This document shows positions 20,301-28,643 of a stretch of 64,000 bases of DNA, piece by piece (within the stretch, counting starts at the first letter, position 1; the number at the start of each line of letters is the position of its first letter). A program made the position numbers and the translations under genes. Under the pieces are notes generated by a model. It saw nothing but the letters and a program-made list of their open reading frames with translations. It was not told where the DNA came from and ran no database searches. Source of the stretch: Bacteroidia bacterium (GTDB lineage Bacteria; Bacteroidota; Bacteroidia; J057; JANWXU01); assembly GCA_025057395.1 (NCBI GenBank), contig JANWXU010000004.1, positions 505 through 64,504 of the forward strand. The letters run 5' to 3'.

Positions 20301-20988
20301 TGCTAGCATTGAGATCCCCATCCAAGTAGCAGCGATTCCTAAAATAGAAGAAATTCGAATTATTCCTGATGCAGAAAGAGAGCCTTTTTTCTTAGGTACC
20401 TATGATTATCGACCTGGCGGAAAAGTAGAACCCTCTATATTTCCCATGGGTAGCAGAGTAACTTTTGATTTTACTGCCAATAAGCCCACCAATATTTTAC
20501 GCTGTAATTGGTCTTTCTTTGATAGAGATTGCCAAACCTTAGTTCCTATTCCTTCTCGTTCCACACAGTGCTATTATCCTGTAAAGGGTAAAGGGTTAGA
20601 GCTTGTTTCTGGAAAAAATAACCCGTTTTGTGGATTATTAAGCATTTGTGATACAATAGGTTGTTGTACTGAGCAAACTTTTAATTATTATGTAGTAGCA
20701 GATGTAAGTATTCGTCCTAATTGTACGTATATTACCCCAGGTTCACTTCCTCCATGCGAGCGATTCTATGTAGTAGTGGCTAGCTATAAAGATTATGTTT
20801 TGAAAATTTTTGACCGCTGGGGAGAGCTTATTCATACCTGTACTAACCCAGAAGATGAAAATGCTCAATGGGACGGACGCTGTAAAAGTGATGAGTGTCA
20901 AGCAGGTACTTATTTTTGGGTATTAGAGCTTACTACTCCTTGGGATGAAAAAATTACTCGCACCGGAAGTATTACATTGTTAAAGTAA
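17326..20988 (+). CDS. Large secreted protein: right-handed parallel beta-helix N-terminal region, Cys-rich Ig-like modules, T9SS type B (gliding-associated, CHU_C-like) C-terminal sorting domain
   Basis: ATG at 17326 is preferred over the TTG at 17284, which overlaps the PorP gene. N-terminus has GTLRYCLLQARTGDIIEF, then PbH1-like repeats (IAGNAQYQI, IQGNKIGI, IQDNQIGYN, ILGNTIAY, IQSNSIFCN). C-terminus: LKIFDRWGELIH...WDGRC...GTYFWVLELT...TGSITLLK. Confidence 0.8.
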   Translation: MLGTSYLYPNIVCFNFLYFIIITSIFAATYTVNNTSDFITGGGTQGTLRYCLLQARTGDIIEFAPTITEIFITSPLPPITQSIAIQGGTSDGTLDCPRLVTLNGNGLNAIGLELQANNIRIYNLRIINFAQSGIKIQNASNCLISNCVIAGNAQYQIWLQNAPNTRIQGNKIGITCDAQNCHTFINPTWNCNPNPTASQSLNRSGIYIENSNSFIIDSANIIGCSCHCGIEIFNSSLGIIQDNQIGYNARGNIGNRFHAIRIRGDSQNNRILGNTIAYSDNLDRSLSIASNGIDLLGANTKYNTIQSNSIFCNSGKGIQIRNGLPSLNANEMIQEPEIISAYYCPDGSNLVEGAAYQPNVQIEIFQSLPSCNCAGWRSLGTVRSATTPIPGSNPPKYPWVFNELNKLDFTLLPLQITATATDANGNTSEFALCQVVCTLSLKPGLQDTLFCQNLESFVYDITPFIQTSLSYRVSWKRIRDENNLPVNEEDTVANANRFTSRKLGTWRINVLGCNGNCRIEKEIRVCNSPRPQMHLPINNITPLPVNYQAQETTYNISICEPTRLVLQCIGERDKCKQQVGGCHRPYNYTWLRYSKRQTPAAQILTINDSSARGGQLQDFAFLEINPKLCGRNSIDTFLLQARNSQGCLSQTTLIIQRNCRPQFTLGSRRQESCQSLTLRATPMGTIGIPANSSFEWFLNGQPQPPGADPTSLTLTGPIINGQVICKITTPQGCQASDTVQINIKPAPQLPNFQDILSCKDVVLFVDAEPQVSYLWQAPPLPNKRGNYFEIQQQSTLVEVRVKLIAENVLGCITEREFLVRIAPGFRNCPLPSTFTLCPSQKQTIIAERPNWVTSAMRYSWRIGNQIIGTEQAITLTNDAPQLPTPRGLRFGENTIVLQLEEPSFGCSLSCTLRANISPEVVLQPLRPQTVCEGKTLRYQALPPCTEPCKHTWIRLPLGNEIGNGSSIEINDVKLNENGQRLRLIRTNTYGCSASIEIPIQVAAIPKIEEIRIIPDAEREPFFLGTYDYRPGGKVEPSIFPMGSRVTFDFTANKPTNILRCNWSFFDRDCQTLVPIPSRSTQCYYPVKGKGLELVSGKNNPFCGLLSICDTIGCCTEQTFNYYVVADVSIRPNCTYITPGSLPPCERFYVVVASYKDYVLKIFDRWGELIHTCTNPEDENAQWDGRCKSDECQAGTYFWVLELTTPWDEKITRTGSITLLK

Positions 20989-21028
20989 AATAATTTGATT
21001 TTGAAAAGCATATAAGCTGGTATAAAAA

Positions 21029-21316
21029 ATGAAAAGAACTAAGATAGAAATAATAATTCCTAGTGCTTATTTACACAGGTTAATACAAACTTTTGAAGAA
21101 CTAGCAATTACAGGATATTCAGTTTTAGAAATTAGTAAAGGCAAGGGGGCAAAGGAGGGGGAAACTTATGCAAGTGGAGCTATTGCAGGTATTCAAAATA
21201 TGTTAGTATTTACTATTTGTACCCAGGAGGAAAGAGAAAGGCTAGTGCAGAAAATAGCCCATCCCATCAAAAGCTTAGGGGGCCTAATTATTGAATACGA
21301 AGTGCAACTTTGTTAA
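21029..21316 (+). CDS. Small P-II-like (GlnB/SbtB superfamily) signalling protein; weak call
   Basis: 95 aa. KIEIIIPSAYLHRLIQTFEELAITGYSVLEISKGKGAKEGE resembles the beta-alpha-beta plus T-loop start of P-II-like proteins. No partner transporter lies adjacent. Confidence 0.45.
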   Translation: MKRTKIEIIIPSAYLHRLIQTFEELAITGYSVLEISKGKGAKEGETYASGAIAGIQNMLVFTICTQEERERLVQKIAHPIKSLGGLIIEYEVQLC

Positions 21317-21345
21317 GTAAATTTAAATTATACGAGGATAAATAA

Positions 21346-22140
21346 TTATAAAAAAGAATGCCTATTAATGAAAACTTCTCCCTGAAAAACTTTGACTGCA
21401 GGTCCTATAAGCCAAACTTCATTTAAGAGAGTTTCTATTTGTACGTATAGTACTCCTCCTAAGGTATGTACTTCAATGGGCGAAGTAAAATGATAATACT
21501 TTTGGGCTACTAATGCAGCTGCCGTTACTCCTGTCCCACAACTAAGAGTGAGATTTTCAACTCCTCTTTCATAAGTCATCATTTCTATTTTGGTAGCTTG
21601 TAAGCTTACTAAATTAACGTTAATTCCTTTAAGCCGATAAGAAGAGTTATAGCGAATTGCCCTAGCCTTTTTTAAGAATTCTTCAGTTCTAGGTAAAGGA
21701 GAGGTAGTTATTTCTATATAGTGAGGGGAGCCTGTATTTACTTCAAAAATATTTTCTTCTAACCGAGAAATTTGACTTTGTACATGCATCTGGATACTAA
21801 TTTTACCAGGAGCATAAGCAAAAAAATGATTACCATCTATAGCTTTAAAAATACCTTTATTGCCTATTAGATTTTTGGAATAGGCATATTCTACAATAGC
21901 CCGTGCACCGTTTCCGCAGAAACTTGCTGGTAAGCCATCAGCATTATGATAAAACATTTCAAAATCATAAATGCTATGAGGTTGATAAATAATGAGCCCA
22001 TCGGCACCAATGCCGAAGCGCCGATTACATAACTTGCTGATTATATTAGGATTATTTAGGTCGAATTGTGCCTGCTCTTTGGCAATGATAATAAAATCAT
22101 TCCCTGTGGCTTGATATTTTTCAAAATATTGCTTTATCAT
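21346..22140 (-). CDS. dapF: Diaminopimelate epimerase
   Basis: 264 aa. ATGNDFIII, FGIGADGLI, both catalytic Cys motifs FCGNGARA and TLSCGTGVTAAAL, and NTGSPH. Confidence 0.92.
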   Translation of the reverse strand: MIKQYFEKYQATGNDFIIIAKEQAQFDLNNPNIISKLCNRRFGIGADGLIIYQPHSIYDFEMFYHNADGLPASFCGNGARAIVEYAYSKNLIGNKGIFKAIDGNHFFAYAPGKISIQMHVQSQISRLEENIFEVNTGSPHYIEITTSPLPRTEEFLKKARAIRYNSSYRLKGINVNLVSLQATKIEMMTYERGVENLTLSCGTGVTAAALVAQKYYHFTSPIEVHTLGGVLYVQIETLLNEVWLIGPAVKVFQGEVFINRHSFL

Positions 22141-22156
22141 AGGCTAGTGGCAAAAA

Positions 22157-23266
22157 CTATTGTGTATAGACTTTTTTTACTAATTCAACTTGTTTTTCCC
22201 AGCACAACTCCTGCGCTACTTTCTGAGTTTGCTCAATAAGTTGAGAATACAACGAACGATTTTGAAAAAGATATAAAATAAGAGAAGCTAAGCTTTGAGG
22301 GGTTCTTTTTTCTAAAACACAACCTATGCGGTAGGTAAAAACCACTTTTTTCATTTCTGGTAAATTAGAGACAATTACTGGGGTTCGGGCTTGGATATAA
22401 TCGTAAATTTTATTAGGAGTAGCATAGCGATAATTGAGTCCCAAGTCTTCCTCGAGGCTAAAGCCGATAAAGGCCTTTGGGGTAAGTGAAGGTAAGTTCT
22501 CAAAAGGAACTGTACCCCAAAAGACTACCTGTTTTTCTACTTTTAGCTCAGCTGCTAATTGCTTCATTTTTTCTAGAATATCACCACTACCAACAATCCA
22601 AAGCGTAAATCCTTGTAGTAAATTTAGAGTTTCTAACATTAATTCAATTCCTCTGCCTATATTTACCGAGCCTTGATAGAGTAATATCTTTTGATCGATT
22701 TTTTGTTTTATTATATTTTCATCAATGGCTAAGGGTAAATAAAAAGGTAAATTTTTTATAATTATAATAGGCTTATGATATTTTTTCTGATATTCACAAG
22801 CTATCCTTTCATTCACAGTAATAATTCTTTTTAATCTATAAAATAATATTTTTTCTATAAATAACCAAATTTTTTTTTCCAAGGGCTTATTTATTAACTC
22901 GGGTACTTCTGTAAAATATTCATGTGTATCATAAATTAACTTATTCTTTTTAATCCAAGCGATAAGGCAACAGGGTAATAAAGTATCTAGGTCGTTAGCT
23001 GTAATTATTTGGGTTTTATGAAATAGAAGAAAAAGAAATAAACGAATTGTAAATTCGAAATAAAAAAGCTTTCCCTTTTCAAAAAATAACTTTAATCGGT
23101 AAGTAGCGTAGGGCCTAGAAGAGAGGGGAAGTGAATTTTTTCTAATCCTTCCTACTAGTTCCACTTGCCACCCTAATTGCATGAGGGTCAATGCCATCTT
23201 ATGGATTCTCTGGTCTGTTACCAAGTCGTTAGTTACTACCAGAATAACTTTTTGCTGCTTAGTCAA
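22157..23266 (-). CDS. GT-B glycosyltransferase (family 1/4-like)
   Basis: 369 aa. The C-terminal half has a GT1/GT4 pattern: LLYQGSVNIGRGIE...LWIVGSGD...VVFWGTVP...FIGFSLEE...PNKIYDYIQARTPVIVSN. Confidence 0.8.
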   Translation of the reverse strand: MTKQQKVILVVTNDLVTDQRIHKMALTLMQLGWQVELVGRIRKNSLPLSSRPYATYRLKLFFEKGKLFYFEFTIRLFLFLLFHKTQIITANDLDTLLPCCLIAWIKKNKLIYDTHEYFTEVPELINKPLEKKIWLFIEKILFYRLKRIITVNERIACEYQKKYHKPIIIIKNLPFYLPLAIDENIIKQKIDQKILLYQGSVNIGRGIELMLETLNLLQGFTLWIVGSGDILEKMKQLAAELKVEKQVVFWGTVPFENLPSLTPKAFIGFSLEEDLGLNYRYATPNKIYDYIQARTPVIVSNLPEMKKVVFTYRIGCVLEKRTPQSLASLILYLFQNRSLYSQLIEQTQKVAQELCWEKQVELVKKVYTQ

Positions 23267-23275
23267 GGCTTTATT

Positions 23276-24364
23276 TTACTTAGGCGCTAAAAAAATGAGT
23301 ATCAGCGCAATGATAAAAAAAAGTAAATTAGGTAGCCAAACAGCAAACCAAGGCGGTAAAATTTCCTTGCCTATTACCTGAGCGCTTACTAGAATAAAAA
23401 TATACGTGAAACTTAACGCTATTCCTATCCCTAATTGTAAAGCAATACCTCCCTTGGATTTTTTACACGAAACTGCTACCCCCATGAGAGTCAAAATAAT
23501 GGTGGCAAAAGGAAAAGCATATCTTTCATATTTTTCTACTTCTAGCTCATATATTAGCTCCGAGCTTCTTTCTTTCTCTCTTTCTATGAAAGCAGTTAGC
23601 TGATCTAAGGGTAGGCAGTCGGTAAAAAATTCTTTCTGATAAATATCATCGGGGTAGAGTACAAGAGCAGTATCAAATTGGGGCATAAATCGAAAAGTTT
23701 CTTGTGTAGAAGAAAAAGTTCGATACACTACATCACTTAAGCGCCAAATTTTAAGACTATCCAAAAATTGAGCCTGGCGAGCACTAATTTTTTTTTTCAC
23801 GCTACTATTCTGAAATTCTTCAATGGTGAACATATAGCCAATCTTTTGATATTGGTCATAGTTGTACATATAGGCGTAAGTATTTTTTCCAATTTTTTTA
23901 TGAATATTAATAGCTTCGTAGAGACGTTTATGCTTAAGATATTGATACTCAAAATCAATTTTAGTATTAAAAGCTTGGGGAGCAAGATAGGCATGAAGAT
24001 AAAAAATAACTACTGTTAAAAGAGCGGCTGTAGCTAAGTAAGGTGCCAAAAAGCGGTAAAAACTTATGCCGCTACTTAAAATGGCAACAATTTCCATTTT
24101 TTGTGCCATTGCCGAAGTAAAAAAAATAACGGCTAAAAAAATGCAAATAGGACTTAAAATATTAGCCAAAAATACAATGAAGCTAGGATAATAAACTTGA
24201 AAAACAGCTGACCAAGGAGTTTTATGTTCGATAAATCGGTCTAAATTTTCGGAAAAGTCTATTACACAGATAATAGTGGTTATTACTACTACCATAAAAA
24301 GGTAAGTAGTAAAAAATTTCGTTAAAATATAACGGTCGATAATTTTCATAGTAGGGAGTTCCAT
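23276..24364 (-). CDS. LptF/LptG-family LPS export permease
   Basis: 362 aa. MKIIDRYILTKFFTTYLF start (a possible true start at 24349), six hydrophobic segments and a central periplasmic beta-jellyroll-like insert. Confidence 0.8.
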   Translation of the reverse strand: MELPTMKIIDRYILTKFFTTYLFMVVVITTIICVIDFSENLDRFIEHKTPWSAVFQVYYPSFIVFLANILSPICIFLAVIFFTSAMAQKMEIVAILSSGISFYRFLAPYLATAALLTVVIFYLHAYLAPQAFNTKIDFEYQYLKHKRLYEAINIHKKIGKNTYAYMYNYDQYQKIGYMFTIEEFQNSSVKKKISARQAQFLDSLKIWRLSDVVYRTFSSTQETFRFMPQFDTALVLYPDDIYQKEFFTDCLPLDQLTAFIEREKERSSELIYELEVEKYERYAFPFATIILTLMGVAVSCKKSKGGIALQLGIGIALSFTYIFILVSAQVIGKEILPPWFAVWLPNLLFFIIALILIFLAPK

Positions 24365-24369
24365 AGGCG

Positions 24370-26463
24370 TTATTTGGTACTAAAGGTAACGCGCCGATTT
24401 TTTCTATCTTCACTGTTAGGAAATTCAGGTAACGTATAACCATAACCACGAATAAAAATTCTATCTGAACGGATATGATAGTACTTGATAAGATGTTTTT
24501 TCACTGCTCTTGCCATTTCTAGAGAATAAATTGGCTGATTTTCCTCTGCGTTACCTTTATTGGTATGCCCATTTACATATAAAATTAGATTAGGAAACTC
24601 ATACATAATTTCAGCTATTTTTTGAAGTACTTCCTGAGATTTAGAGTCTATTTTCAATGTATTTCCTACGAAATAAACACGGTACTTGGAAAAGTCCCAT
24701 TGATTTTTAGTAGTAGAAGTTGCTACAATGGTATCTGGAGGCAATAAAATATCGTAATAAGCAGAAAGCGCAGCAGCTAATTGAGATATGGACTGTAAAG
24801 AATCTGGATTTCGAGTGCGTAATTCTCTTCCTAATTTTTGAGTAGTCAAATTATTAAAGAAAGTAGTAAGAAAAGCATCGGGTAGTTGATTAAAAATGGC
24901 GGCGATTCTTTTATCAGGTAAATTTTTAAAAACATTAATTAAAGTAGTATCCGGTAATTGAGCGAGCATCCTAGCAATTTGAGAAGAAGAAATTCCTTGC
25001 AACAAATTCAATGCCCTATCTGCGGGAGCAGCTTCTTTAGGAGAAGCAGCCGAAAGTTGTACAAACCTTAAAGGAAAGCCCTGCTGGATATATTGTTTTA
25101 GGCCACTTTCGACATACTGCTGCGAGTTAGTAGCAATGCCTAACACGTAGTAATTTTGTACTAAGTATTTAAGGACAAAATTTTGAATATCGTCTAGATG
25201 TACATTCCACAAAATATTTAAAAAGTCTGCATAAGCTTGTATACCGGCGGTTGCCCACCAAGAACTAACTATAAGTCCAATTTTAGATAAATCTTGCTGC
25301 TGTAAAATGAATTCAGCTTCTGCCATTTGCTTAGCCATCTTTAGTTCATAGGGAGAAAAAAAACGAGTAGTTACCATTCGATTAAGAAGTCTTCGAACAG
25401 TATCTAAAGCTTCAGGAATGCGAGTAGGATCTGGAGCCAAAATAAGATTCAATTCAGAACGATAGGCAGAAGGGTGAAATTGGGGTAAGCAATCCTGAAT
25501 TAAACCACTTTGCACTGTTTTTTGATAAAACTGTCCATCTTTAAGCTGTAATAATTTACTGAAAAGAATAGCTTCGGCTAATAAACGAGGATTATCTTTT
25601 AGACTAGGCAATTGCCAGGCAAAATTAAGTAGAGGACTAAGCATATTCTCTTGTAAAACTACTACCACTGTATCTCTTTTAAGGGGTTCGAAATTAGGAA
25701 TCGTGGGCAAGGGTTTACTTTCCACTTCCCAGTGAGTTAAAATAGAATCGGCAACAGCTAAAGCACGTTGGGGAGTAATAGCACCCGCCATCACTAAGAG
25801 GGTATTGGCAGGCAAAAAATAGCGAGTATGAAAAGAATGTAATTTATAAAGCGAAGCATTTCTAAGATGGGCAAAATCGGGAGTCCAAATTTTACGAGTA
25901 TAGTGTTTTTTCCAAAGAACTCGATTCATCTCTTTAGAAAGATGGCTTAGCAAGTAATCCGGTTGCGATTCATAGAGTTTAGCTTTTTGAAATAGCAAAT
26001 TTTTTATTTCTGTGGTATCAAACTTAGGAAAACGCAAGCAATGATGAAGAAACTGCAAGCCCGCGGCCACTAAATGATTAGGTAAGGTAAGGCTAAAATA
26101 TTGATACTCTGGGCCAGTATAGGTTTGTGTAACGCAGTGAAGAGACTGTAACGCTCTTTCATATTGTTCTCGCGTAGGGTAATAATAATTAGGAGCAAAA
26201 ATTAAATTTTCCAGAACAAAGGGTACTCCTACTATGCTTTCATCTTGAGTAATAGCTCCTGCTTTAATAGCAAAGCCTAATTGTACAATTGGTAATTCAG
26301 GCTCTTCAATCACCAAGAGCTGCACGTCATTGTGTAGAAGAGCAAAAGTAACTTTATCACTAATTTTTTGTCCTTGGCACCATGCGCAAAATTTTGCGCA
26401 TAAGCAAAAAAAGAAAAATTGCCAACATCCAAAAAGGAATAACAGACGCATAAATGCTGGCAA
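24370..26463 (-). CDS. Fusion protein: M16 (pitrilysin)-like domain lacking the HxxEH zinc motif, three LPD helical repeats, C-terminal OmpA-like peptidoglycan-binding domain
   Basis: 697 aa. GVPFVLENLIF sits where active M16 enzymes have G-x-A-H-x-L-E-H-M-x-F (compare GIAHYLEHMLF in the gene at 55439-58336). QLPDTTLINVFKN/LPDKRIAAIFNQ/LPDAFLTTFFNN at 24850-24963. C-terminus: VNGHTNKGNAEENQPIYSLEMARAVKKHL...IRGYGYTLP...NRRVTF. Start is TTG 26463 or ATG 26451. Confidence 0.7.
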   Translation of the reverse strand: MPAFMRLLFLFGCWQFFFFCLCAKFCAWCQGQKISDKVTFALLHNDVQLLVIEEPELPIVQLGFAIKAGAITQDESIVGVPFVLENLIFAPNYYYPTREQYERALQSLHCVTQTYTGPEYQYFSLTLPNHLVAAGLQFLHHCLRFPKFDTTEIKNLLFQKAKLYESQPDYLLSHLSKEMNRVLWKKHYTRKIWTPDFAHLRNASLYKLHSFHTRYFLPANTLLVMAGAITPQRALAVADSILTHWEVESKPLPTIPNFEPLKRDTVVVVLQENMLSPLLNFAWQLPSLKDNPRLLAEAILFSKLLQLKDGQFYQKTVQSGLIQDCLPQFHPSAYRSELNLILAPDPTRIPEALDTVRRLLNRMVTTRFFSPYELKMAKQMAEAEFILQQQDLSKIGLIVSSWWATAGIQAYADFLNILWNVHLDDIQNFVLKYLVQNYYVLGIATNSQQYVESGLKQYIQQGFPLRFVQLSAASPKEAAPADRALNLLQGISSSQIARMLAQLPDTTLINVFKNLPDKRIAAIFNQLPDAFLTTFFNNLTTQKLGRELRTRNPDSLQSISQLAAALSAYYDILLPPDTIVATSTTKNQWDFSKYRVYFVGNTLKIDSKSQEVLQKIAEIMYEFPNLILYVNGHTNKGNAEENQPIYSLEMARAVKKHLIKYYHIRSDRIFIRGYGYTLPEFPNSEDRKNRRVTFSTK

Positions 26464-26464
26464 A

Positions 26465-28552
26465 TCATAAAAGCTTGGCTTTTGCTAACATCTCGGGAGC
26501 AGCTGGATGGTCGGGTTTAACTCTTAAACAAGTTTCAAAAGCTTCTATAGCTTTTTGTTTTTCCCCCATTTTAAAGTAAATAGCCCCCACATTATACAAG
26601 TAATTAGGGTCGGTAGGCAAAATTCGTAGTGCCTCCTGAGCACACCGAAGCGCCTGCTCCAAATTATTCTGTTGGATATAATAAACAGCTAGTTGTGTCC
26701 ATGCGCTATGATTGTCAGGATTATAAGAAACTGCTCGGTTCAAAATATCAATGGCTAGCTGCACTTCTTTTCTAGCATAAGCTTTAGCAGCCTTATCTGT
26801 AAGAGCTCGGGAAAGCATTTCGTTATGCTGCTTAATAAAAGGGCTATTGGGAGCATATTTGCGAGCTTGCAACCAAAAATATTCTGCAGAATCTACATTT
26901 TCTAGAGCAAAATATGAAAGTCCGATATCCATATAAGGCTCAGGGTATTCTGGAAAAATAGCAATGGCTTTTCGCAAATAGCCCTGCCCTTTGGCAATAT
27001 ATTTTCGGGCAATTTCTAGTGAATCTTTTCTGCTTCTTTTTAGAATATCAATTCCTAGTTGGAGCCAGGAACTTCCACCGGCTTTATTAGCCATAGCACT
27101 CTTATCGCTGATATCAGCATCATGTATAAATAGTGTATTGCTATCCTTCCAAATTGTATTTCGATGGATAGTATGGTAACCCATAATCAGTAAAGGCGGC
27201 AGCAATAATCCTGCTATACCTACTGCTTGAATTTTAGAAGTATTAAGCCTTTGTGAGAACCAATGAATTCCTAAAGCAAGTATTATGCAAAATCCTAGTG
27301 AGCCCTGGTAAAGAAATCGCTCCGCTAAAAAAGCTCCCCCTATGCTTATAACTAAACCTGACACAATAAAAATTGAAAACAAATAATACAAAATAGCGTA
27401 ACTAGCCATATTTTTGGTTTTTAAGCCCTTAAGTGCATAAGCTAAAAGTAAAAGATGCAGTAAAAACGCTATTAGAAACTCAGGAGTAGCAAAGGAGTAA
27501 TAATCTATTTGCTTATAAGTATAGTCCCACGTTAGGGGATAAGGGAAAAAAAGAAGATGAACATACTTTTGAAGTACTACAATATTAGTAGCAATTTGTT
27601 GAGCTTTAGTCGCATAAATATAGGCATTGTTAAGAACAATGTTACTATTTTGAAAATTAGCACCTGAGGCTAAAGTACGAATGAATAGATAAATAAGAAT
27701 TACAACCAAATAACTGCCTGTGATTCGCAAAATGGTATTCCGCGGAAGACGAGTAAAGAAATAAAGGGTTAGAGGAATAATACCCAAATAAGTTAAACCA
27801 TTTTCTTTAGAAAGTAATGCTAAAAAAAGGCAAAGTAAGGAAAAAATAAAAAAAAGTGAATTAGGAATAGTATTAGAGAAATCTGTACTTTTTTTTTGTT
27901 CTACAAAAGGGAGCAAATTTTGATAGTTTTTATGCTTATAAAGGTAAGTAAACAGCAAATATTGACTAAGCAATAAGAAAAGCAGAGATAAAATTTCGTC
28001 TCTGCTTTTAATATTGGCAATGGCTTCGGTATGAATAGGGTGAAAAGCAAAGATTAAAGCTGCCCAAAAAGCAATATCTGCTTGGGAACGAAACATAAAA
28101 TTACGAAGTAAAAGAAAAATAATTACAATTGTTACTCCATAAAGCAAAGCATTAATACCATGAGTAATGCCTGGCGATTCTTTCCATAATTCATACTCTA
28201 TAGCAAAAGTAATAATTGAAAGGGGGCGATAGCGGCCACCAGGCAAGGTATTTTTTTGTCCTTTAGTAAAGCCATCGAAACTATCTTTGGTAAGCAGCGC
28301 CTTAATGCCGGCAAGACCTTTTTTAGTATGCTCGTTTTGGGTGTATACCATTAAATCATCAAGAGCATATCCATTACTAATAGTGTTAGCATATAATAAA
28401 AAGCCAGTTAAAAATAAAATCCAACATTGAACTTTTAGCGAAAGGCGAGATAACCAAGGAAGGTGGTAATTTACTGGTACAAGAGAGGGCGCTGAAGAAG
28501 GCGAAATATTTGCTATGGAAGGCTGATTTTTACTACTTTTTTGATTTTTCAT
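26465..28552 (-). CDS. Polytopic GT-C-fold glycosyltransferase-like membrane protein with C-terminal TPR repeats (TMTC/PMT-like)
   Basis: 695 aa. First-loop motif NGYALDDLMVYTQNEH...GRYRPLS (the acidic DD motif typical of TMTC/PMT-type GT-C enzymes), about 10 hydrophobic segments, and at least 4 TPR repeats at the C-terminus. Confidence 0.7.
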   Translation of the reverse strand: MKNQKSSKNQPSIANISPSSAPSLVPVNYHLPWLSRLSLKVQCWILFLTGFLLYANTISNGYALDDLMVYTQNEHTKKGLAGIKALLTKDSFDGFTKGQKNTLPGGRYRPLSIITFAIEYELWKESPGITHGINALLYGVTIVIIFLLLRNFMFRSQADIAFWAALIFAFHPIHTEAIANIKSRDEILSLLFLLLSQYLLFTYLYKHKNYQNLLPFVEQKKSTDFSNTIPNSLFFIFSLLCLFLALLSKENGLTYLGIIPLTLYFFTRLPRNTILRITGSYLVVILIYLFIRTLASGANFQNSNIVLNNAYIYATKAQQIATNIVVLQKYVHLLFFPYPLTWDYTYKQIDYYSFATPEFLIAFLLHLLLLAYALKGLKTKNMASYAILYYLFSIFIVSGLVISIGGAFLAERFLYQGSLGFCIILALGIHWFSQRLNTSKIQAVGIAGLLLPPLLIMGYHTIHRNTIWKDSNTLFIHDADISDKSAMANKAGGSSWLQLGIDILKRSRKDSLEIARKYIAKGQGYLRKAIAIFPEYPEPYMDIGLSYFALENVDSAEYFWLQARKYAPNSPFIKQHNEMLSRALTDKAAKAYARKEVQLAIDILNRAVSYNPDNHSAWTQLAVYYIQQNNLEQALRCAQEALRILPTDPNYLYNVGAIYFKMGEKQKAIEAFETCLRVKPDHPAAPEMLAKAKLL

Positions 28553-28643
28553 ACAAAAAGTTAACTTTATACTGGCAAAATTAACATTTTCTAGGCTTTA
28601 TATACAAAGCGATGCTAGCCATTCTTTTGAGCCTCTAAGGAAA

